Source of the DNA: an uncultured Spirochaetota bacterium
GTDB lineage: Bacteria > Spirochaetota > Spirochaetia > SZUA-6 > Fen-1364
Direction of reading: 5' to 3'
NCBI GenBank assembly: GCA_963734545.1
Contig: CAVTHO010000004.1
Location: 512,001 to 576,000 of the forward strand
DNA: 64,000 nt
In this document: piece after piece, positions 58,186-64,000 of the stretch
How positions within the stretch are numbered: the stretch's first letter is position 1
How the letters are laid out: every line of letters starts with the position of its first letter
Notes under the pieces: model-generated
Seen by the model: the letters and a program-made list of their open reading frames with translations, nothing else
Database searches by the model: none
Told to the model about the DNA's origin: nothing
Position numbers and translations under genes: made by a program

Positions 58186-60474
58186 CTACTTCGCGGCTGC
58201 GCGGATCTCAACGAAGAGAACTTCACCTGGCTTGAGCTCCGTGGAGTACCGCTTGGGGAGGCTCACCGATTTCCATAGCGGAGCGAACGCATTCCTTCCC
58301 GTCGAGCGGAACACGGATACGTCTGAAAGCGCGAAGCCCGGGGCGTTCCGCGTGTCCAGGTCGATTTCCAGCGTCTGACGGTCGCGAGAGAGATTGACAA
58401 AGACATGCCCCACGCCCCCCTGCGGCGACTGCCATGAGCTCGTGAGGACCGACGATTCGGAGAACTCCACCATCCCCCATTTTCCCTCCCTTGTTCTCCC
58501 GAACTTGTAGGTAATGGCGGGACCGGAAACCGCGTAAGGATGAAGCATCCGCCCTTCCATGAGGTAGGGCCGCGCTCCGGCCTCCAGCAGGCGCGCGTGG
58601 TTCCGAAGCATCTCGAATTGCCGCTGATCGGCGGTGTACAGGCTTTTCTGCCAGAACCAGACCACGGTTGCTGGCGTCTTGCCGGTGACGAGGTTTACGG
58701 CGTGGCAGCGCACGTTCCAGGAGGCGGCCGTGTAGTCGCTGTCCAGTTGGATGTTGTCCCCGCCGTACCCTATCGCGTACTCGTGGTACAGGTAGGTGAA
58801 AAGGGGGATCCCTATGGCGCCGGGGAACTCCCTGTACCACTCCTTTTCCTTGTACTCGCGCATGTGGAACCCGTCGAGATACGGAATGAGACGCTCGTGC
58901 GGCTCCTCGGTGAAGAGGGCGAAATCAGGGCTTTGCTTCTTCCCGTAAGCGCTCATGTCCTCGAGCAGCGCCAGGTACCCTTCTGTCTGATAGAGGCCGG
59001 ACCCCGGAGCATGACCGTGAGATTGGGAGAAGCAGGGCTGGCCCGCGCCTTCCACCACCTGGTCCATCTGGAGTACGTCGACCCCGAGCGCGATCGCCGA
59101 GTCGATCGTCTTCCTGAAAAAATCCACAGCGAGCGGGCTTGCCGCGCAGAAGGAATAGGAGCGGCGCGTCCAGGGCTTGTCGGGATAGGATTCATCGAGG
59201 GTGAAAACTCGCGGCTTTCCTGTCTTCCCGTCAATGACGAACCCCGGGAAATACCGCTCGGGGACTTCCGGTTTCGACGGATTCAACCCTTCGTTTGCGA
59301 AAGTGTAGAAGAGGCCGGAGAGGAAGAAGAAAGGCTTGAATCCCTTTTTCTTGATTTGAGGAATAACCTTCTTCGCGTTCGCCTCGTCGAAGACTGGAAA
59401 ATAATCTCCCGCCGTCCACCTTCGGTGGTTTTCCCAATCCGCGAGCATGGCGACGATCGGCCCTCCGGTCTTCTCCTTCAGGTATTCCAGGTGCCGGGAG
59501 ATGCTCGGGTAGTACGATCCACTCTGAATCCAGTTCTGGTCGTACGTGCGCACCGAGCAGACATGGACCATCGGACCCTGCTTCCACCACTCGGGTATGT
59601 CGTCGCGCCGGGCGAGCGTCTTTGCGCACCACGGCTGCCCCACCGCCCATGCCTTGTAGATGTCCGCGCTGTCCATCCACGTCCCCTGCGAAACCCCGAT
59701 GGCCACCGGGTAGGGGCTTTGCCAGTCCTTGCCTGTGTCTGCGGGAGGGAAATACTCGTTTACGATTTCAAAGCCGTCATTCAATTTCTGGATGACAAGA
59801 CTCTTCACCTGTCCCAGCGGATCCAGGGCGGCAAAAAACACGCCCGCGGACGCGTCCTGATACGCGAGAAACTGCGCGGACATGTCTCCCGGGTATCGCA
59901 GCCACACACCGTCCCAATCCTTCCAATTCTCCCAGGGCTTTTGAATCAGCGTGCCGGGCAGGCACGGAAGGACTATGAAATCATCGTCGGCGCCGCCGCG
60001 TATGGCGGGCACTGCCGTAATGGAAGGGAAACGCACGAAATCGATCTTTCGACCCGTGTCGTTGTGCACCTCCATGGACCAGCGTGTCAGGGCGTCGCCG
60101 TCTGCGCACACGCCCCGGACCCTGGCGGTCAGGGCAAGATTCGGAAAATCGGAGAAGGTGATGACGACCTCGCGCCCGGAGGCGACGCGCTCTACGGCCA
60201 CCCGGGTCGCTCTCGCGTAGGAGCTGTCTACATACTCCTGCCCATCCGGTTTCGCCAGAACAATCGTGAACATCCTGGTTCGCTCGGGCTTATCGACGAG
60301 AACGCCCCCGGAGGCCTTGTGGGTGAGGCGCGAAATGTGGGGCGAAGGCCACTGCGACACGACCAGGCTGACCGATGAGTTTTCCATCACTGCATCGACC
60401 TTATCCTGCGCGGTGGCTGCCAGAGTGCTCAACAATAACAAGATCGAAAACACCATGAATCCGCTTTTTTTCAT
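58186..60474 (-). CDS. Secreted putative glycan-active TIM-barrel protein (DUF6259-like)
   Basis: Signal peptide MKKSGF..ATA; YPGDMSAQF, VLQMDQVV, HGHAPG, FTEEPHE, IPLFTYLYHEY. Confidence 0.65.
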   Translation of the reverse strand: MKKSGFMVFSILLLLSTLAATAQDKVDAVMENSSVSLVVSQWPSPHISRLTHKASGGVLVDKPERTRMFTIVLAKPDGQEYVDSSYARATRVAVERVASGREVVITFSDFPNLALTARVRGVCADGDALTRWSMEVHNDTGRKIDFVRFPSITAVPAIRGGADDDFIVLPCLPGTLIQKPWENWKDWDGVWLRYPGDMSAQFLAYQDASAGVFFAALDPLGQVKSLVIQKLNDGFEIVNEYFPPADTGKDWQSPYPVAIGVSQGTWMDSADIYKAWAVGQPWCAKTLARRDDIPEWWKQGPMVHVCSVRTYDQNWIQSGSYYPSISRHLEYLKEKTGGPIVAMLADWENHRRWTAGDYFPVFDEANAKKVIPQIKKKGFKPFFFLSGLFYTFANEGLNPSKPEVPERYFPGFVIDGKTGKPRVFTLDESYPDKPWTRRSYSFCAASPLAVDFFRKTIDSAIALGVDVLQMDQVVEGAGQPCFSQSHGHAPGSGLYQTEGYLALLEDMSAYGKKQSPDFALFTEEPHERLIPYLDGFHMREYKEKEWYREFPGAIGIPLFTYLYHEYAIGYGGDNIQLDSDYTAASWNVRCHAVNLVTGKTPATVVWFWQKSLYTADQRQFEMLRNHARLLEAGARPYLMEGRMLHPYAVSGPAITYKFGRTREGKWGMVEFSESSVLTSSWQSPQGGVGHVFVNLSRDRQTLEIDLDTRNAPGFALSDVSVFRSTGRNAFAPLWKSVSLPKRYSTELKPGEVLFVEIRAAAK

Positions 60475-60696
60475 TTGTCAATTATGTAAAACGCCTCAGA
60501 ACGGTGTCAAGGTGTCGTGGACCTGTGAATCTGGAGGGCAGAAACGCGAAGCCATGCTGAAGATAAAGGCGCTCTGGCTCGTCCCCGTCAGACGCGGGAG
60601 CTTAGGCAATATTCACCTCGCCGTCCGCTATTGTGCGCTATGAAATGTCGGAATGTAGTCATCTGCACGACGAGCGGCAGATCAGGGCCGCCCCCC

Positions 60697-61311
60697 CTAC
60701 GCCCTCTTCCGCCGCATCAGGTGGCGCGCCACATACAAGACGACCAGCGCGGCAAGAAGGACAATCACCACGATATCGATGACATGGCTGTAGCGCAGCA
60801 CCGTCTCCCAGTTGTTTCTCAGTACAAAGCCGCACCAGGTGAGGAACGCGTTCCAGGCGCCGGCCCCGAGTATAGTGAAGAGGCAGAACGGCAGGAGCGG
60901 CATGCTCCCCATGCCGGCGGGGATCGAAATCAGGTGCCGGACGATGGGGATGAAACGGGAGACGAGGATCGTGACGCTGCCCCTGCGCTGGAAAAACCTC
61001 GTGGTCTTTTCGAGGTCTTCACTGTCCAGCAGGAGATACTTTCCGAACCTCAGAAGAAAGGGTTTGCCGCCGAACCTGCCGATGGCGTAGCCGATCAGTG
61101 AGCCGATGATGCTTCCCAGGGTTGCGGAGAGAATGACGCCCGGCCACGAGAGGCTGTGCTCGGCCACGCTGAAGCCGGCAAACGGCATCACCGCCTCGCT
61201 GGGCACCGGCAGGACCATGCTCTCCGCAATCATGAGGAGAAACACCCCGACATAGCCGATGCCCGCGATGACCTGCGTGCCGAACGCGGCGATTGACTCG
61301 GTGATGCCCAC
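60697..61311 (-). CDS. dedA: DedA family membrane protein
   Basis: ESMVLPVPSEAVMPFAG, SRFIPIVRHLISIPAG. Confidence 0.93.
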   Translation of the reverse strand: MGITESIAAFGTQVIAGIGYVGVFLLMIAESMVLPVPSEAVMPFAGFSVAEHSLSWPGVILSATLGSIIGSLIGYAIGRFGGKPFLLRFGKYLLLDSEDLEKTTRFFQRRGSVTILVSRFIPIVRHLISIPAGMGSMPLLPFCLFTILGAGAWNAFLTWCGFVLRNNWETVLRYSHVIDIVVIVLLAALVVLYVARHLMRRKRA

Positions 61312-61335
61312 GCTGGTCCGATTACTGCGGCCGCG

Positions 61336-63612
61336 CTAGAACTGGCCCGCGGTCTGGACCTTCTTGCCGAATCCTCCGCGCTTGGAGTACCACGTGGCGC
61401 CGAGGATCACCACGATGCATGCCGCCCCGACAAGGGCCACCCACACGTTCATCGTGAGACTTACCAGCACGGGCGCCGCGAGGAGGGACACGAGGTTGAT
61501 GACCTTGATCATGGGATTGAGGGCCGGACCCGAGGTGTCCTTCAGGGGATCTCCCACCGTATCGCCGATGACCGCGGCCTTGTGGGCTTCCGAGCCCTTG
61601 CCGCCGTGCAGGCCGTCCTCGATGGTTTTCTTCGCATTATCCCAGGCGCCGCCCGAGCTGGCCATGAACACCGCGAGGAGCTGGCCGGAGATAATGACCC
61701 CGATGAGGAAGCCGCCGAGGGCTTCCACGTGCAGGAGCAGTCCCACCGCCAGGGGCGCGAGCACGGAGATCAGGGCCAGCGGGATCAGCTCGCGCTGGGC
61801 TGCCGTGGTGCACAGGGACACTGTCTGGCCGTAGTCCGGCTTCACCTTGCCTTCCAGGAGGCCCGGGATGCGGAACTGGCGGCGCACTTCCTCGACGATA
61901 AGACCCGCGGCGCGCGCCACCGAGTTCACCGTGAGAGAGGAGAACAGCCAGGGAATCGTTGCGCCGATGAGCATACCGATGAACACAACGGGAACCGAGA
62001 TCCGGATTCCGGTAAAGGCGAGCCGTGCCTGCTCGGCCACGCCCGCGGCCTTCTGCACCAGGGTGACATCGGTGAAGAAGGAGCCGAACAGCGACACGGC
62101 GGCGATCACGGCGGAGCCGATGGCCACCCCCTTGGTGATGGCCTTTGTCGTGTTGCCCACAGCGTCGAGGTCCGCCATGATCTGCCGGGCCTTCGGGTCC
62201 AGGCCGGCCATCTCACCGATGCCGTTCGCATTGTCGGAGATGGGACCGAAGGAGTCCATGGCAACGTTGTTGCCGGTCAGCGTGAGCATCCCGATACCGG
62301 TCATTGCCACGCCGTAGAGCACGAACGTCACGTCCTGGCCCCAGTAGATGACCACCGCGGCGAGGATCGTGAGCGCGATGACGATTGCCTGCCAGACGGT
62401 TGCTTCGAATCCGACCACGAGGCCGCGGAGGATCACGGTGGCGGGCCCGGTCTTGGTGGCCGTTGCGATGTCTTTCACCGGCCGATGGTGCGTGTCCGTG
62501 AAGTACTTCGTGAGCTCGTCCAGCGCGATGGCCAGGATAATGCCGACGCCGACCGAGAGGAACGCGCGCCATTCGTGCATGTAGAACATCGCCAGGAAGA
62601 AGAACGCGACCAGGGAGATGGCGGCCGAGGAATAGAACCCCTTGTTGATGGAAGAAAGCGCGTTGTCGCTTGCCCCGCCTTTCTTGCCCCTGACCAGGTA
62701 GGTCCCGATTATGGAGGAGAGCACGCCGATGCCGCGCACGAGGAGCGGGAAGATGATCCACTTCAGGTCACCGGTGGCAAAGACCAGGGCCACGCCAAGG
62801 ATAAGGCCGGACACGATGGTCACTTCGTAAGACTCGAAGATATCCGCCGCCATGCCCGCGCAGTCACCCACGTTGTCACCGACAAGGTCCGCGATGACCG
62901 CCGCATTGCGGGGGTCATCCTCCGGCATGCCTGCCTCCACCTTGCCGACCAGGTCTGCGCCCACGTCGGCGGCCTTGGTGTAGATGCCGCCGCCCACCCT
63001 CATGAACAGGGCGAGCAGCGTTCCGCCGAATCCGAACCCCAGGAGGGCGTCCGGCGCTGACATTCCCATGTAGAGGAATATCGCCGTGCCGCCCAGAAGG
63101 CCAAGTCCGTCCGTGAGCATTCCGGTGATGGTGCCGGTGCGATAGGCGATCTTCAGCGCTTCCGCGAAGCTCCTGCGGGCAGCCGAGGCAACACGCACGT
63201 TGCCCTGCACCGCCATGCGCATGCCGAACTGGCCGACCAGAAGTGAGAACACGGCGCCCATGATGAACGCGATTGCCCGTGCGATGCCGACGATCAACCG
63301 TACCTGGCCATCCGAATATCCGGGAAACCGGGCGCTCGCCGCTTCACTCGGTACGACGACGTACACCGACAAGAAGAGAACCACGGTGAGGACGATGATC
63401 AGGGGGATGATTGTCTTGAGCTGCCTGCGCAGGTAGGCGTCTGCTCCCTCGCGGATGGCGTCCCAGACCACTTTCATTTCCGCGGTCCCCGTGTCGTGAC
63501 GGAGCACCTGTCTTCGGAGCAGGAGGGCGTAAAGGAGCCCTATGACTGCGATGCCGAGAACGACCCAGAGGGATGCGGTCTCGAACACCGTGGCGTTGGT
63601 AAGGTGTGACAT
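61336..63612 (-). CDS. hppA: Membrane-integral pyrophosphatase, K+-independent type (predicted H+ pump)
   Basis: GGIYTKAADVGADLVGKVE, DNVGDCAGMAAD, DSFGPISDNA, GNTTKA (Lys at the K+-dependence position), GDTVGDPLKDT. Confidence 0.96.
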   Translation of the reverse strand: MSHLTNATVFETASLWVVLGIAVIGLLYALLLRRQVLRHDTGTAEMKVVWDAIREGADAYLRRQLKTIIPLIIVLTVVLFLSVYVVVPSEAASARFPGYSDGQVRLIVGIARAIAFIMGAVFSLLVGQFGMRMAVQGNVRVASAARRSFAEALKIAYRTGTITGMLTDGLGLLGGTAIFLYMGMSAPDALLGFGFGGTLLALFMRVGGGIYTKAADVGADLVGKVEAGMPEDDPRNAAVIADLVGDNVGDCAGMAADIFESYEVTIVSGLILGVALVFATGDLKWIIFPLLVRGIGVLSSIIGTYLVRGKKGGASDNALSSINKGFYSSAAISLVAFFFLAMFYMHEWRAFLSVGVGIILAIALDELTKYFTDTHHRPVKDIATATKTGPATVILRGLVVGFEATVWQAIVIALTILAAVVIYWGQDVTFVLYGVAMTGIGMLTLTGNNVAMDSFGPISDNANGIGEMAGLDPKARQIMADLDAVGNTTKAITKGVAIGSAVIAAVSLFGSFFTDVTLVQKAAGVAEQARLAFTGIRISVPVVFIGMLIGATIPWLFSSLTVNSVARAAGLIVEEVRRQFRIPGLLEGKVKPDYGQTVSLCTTAAQRELIPLALISVLAPLAVGLLLHVEALGGFLIGVIISGQLLAVFMASSGGAWDNAKKTIEDGLHGGKGSEAHKAAVIGDTVGDPLKDTSGPALNPMIKVINLVSLLAAPVLVSLTMNVWVALVGAACIVVILGATWYSKRGGFGKKVQTAGQF

Positions 63613-63671
63613 GCGTAATCCTCCCCACTATGGACATCTACGTTGAAAAACTGGTCAAGGCGCGGTGACTC

Positions 63672-63700
63672 AAACTATTCGAACTGAAACGGAGTGTCAA
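63672..63700 (-). promoter_or_regulatory. Putative sigma70 promoter of hppA
   Basis: Minus-strand TTGACA-N17-TAGTTT. Confidence 0.6.
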
Positions 63701-63723
63701 GATAGCCGGCTGCGAAGATTTTC

Positions 63724-63752
63724 TTGACAGCTCTCGCCTGAGGACCTATGAT
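63724..63752 (+). promoter_or_regulatory. Near-consensus sigma70 promoter, divergent from hppA
   Basis: TTGACA-N17-TATGAT. Confidence 0.75.
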
Positions 63753-63867
63753 GCACCCATTGCCCGGAAAGTTCCCTTTCGTGGAAATCGCTTGAGTCAG
63801 GCACTGTCGGGAACAGGCTTCCACCCTGCGCAGTGACGCAAAAAGTCCTCATGGGGAGGGTTTCTGT

Positions 63868-64000
63868 ATGGTTATACAGACTCTCGTTCTAGCTGGAATG
63901 CTCATCTGTGCCCTCCAGGCCATCCGCGCCCCGCGGCTGCTGGTGTCTGCCCTGTGGCTGGCCGGTTGCAGCGCCCTGCTTGCGCTCGCAATCGCTCTCC
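63868..64000 (+). CDS. 5' end of a small membrane protein resembling DUF4040/MbhD/Mnh-type subunits (partial)
   Basis: GGGGAGG RBS; MVIQTLVLAGMLICALQAIRAPRLLVSALWLAGCSALLA runs off the window. Confidence 0.55.
   Translation, partial: MVIQTLVLAGMLICALQAIRAPRLLVSALWLAGCSALLALAIAL

Overview
High-GC bacterial chromosomal window, probably from an anaerobic Spirochaetia-like organism. That assignment is an inference from the V/A-type ATPase, the lipoprotein style and the propeller-repeat protein. From left to right it holds: a lipoprotein with a degenerate DNase I-like domain; a GH31 glycosidase / sugar ABC / YesM-YesN locus; an IS21 remnant; and a ~4 kb accessory array in which the promoter plus 5' part of a sirtuin (cobB) gene occurs three times (two truncated copies, one intact), with envelope-protein cargo between the copies. 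Next come ltaE, ArsR-SRPBCC-Tet(L)-like MFS, PAP2, recD2, fucI with a SorE-like reductase, truD, arcC, AI-2E, CBS-ACT, an aminotransferase, a CBS-pyrophosphatase, STAS, and a Rieske-FAD oxidoreductase. These are followed by an unusual FliG-C-like protein directly upstream of a stand-alone motAB pair. A large bioenergetic block follows: an 11-subunit complex-I-like group 4 [NiFe]-hydrogenase with its maturation protease, a complete V/A-type ATPase operon ending in a PTS IIA gene, a tRNA-Asn-like 3' fragment with a terminator, a secreted glycan-active protein, DedA, a K+-independent membrane PPase, and the start of another membrane-complex gene. About a dozen single-base frameshifts look like long-read assembly errors. 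The best novelty candidates are the sirtuin-anchored cargo array (10.6-14.7 kb), the FliG-like/motAB module, and two structured intergenic elements (33.3 kb and 49.0 kb). No CRISPR array, rRNA or intact tRNA was seen.
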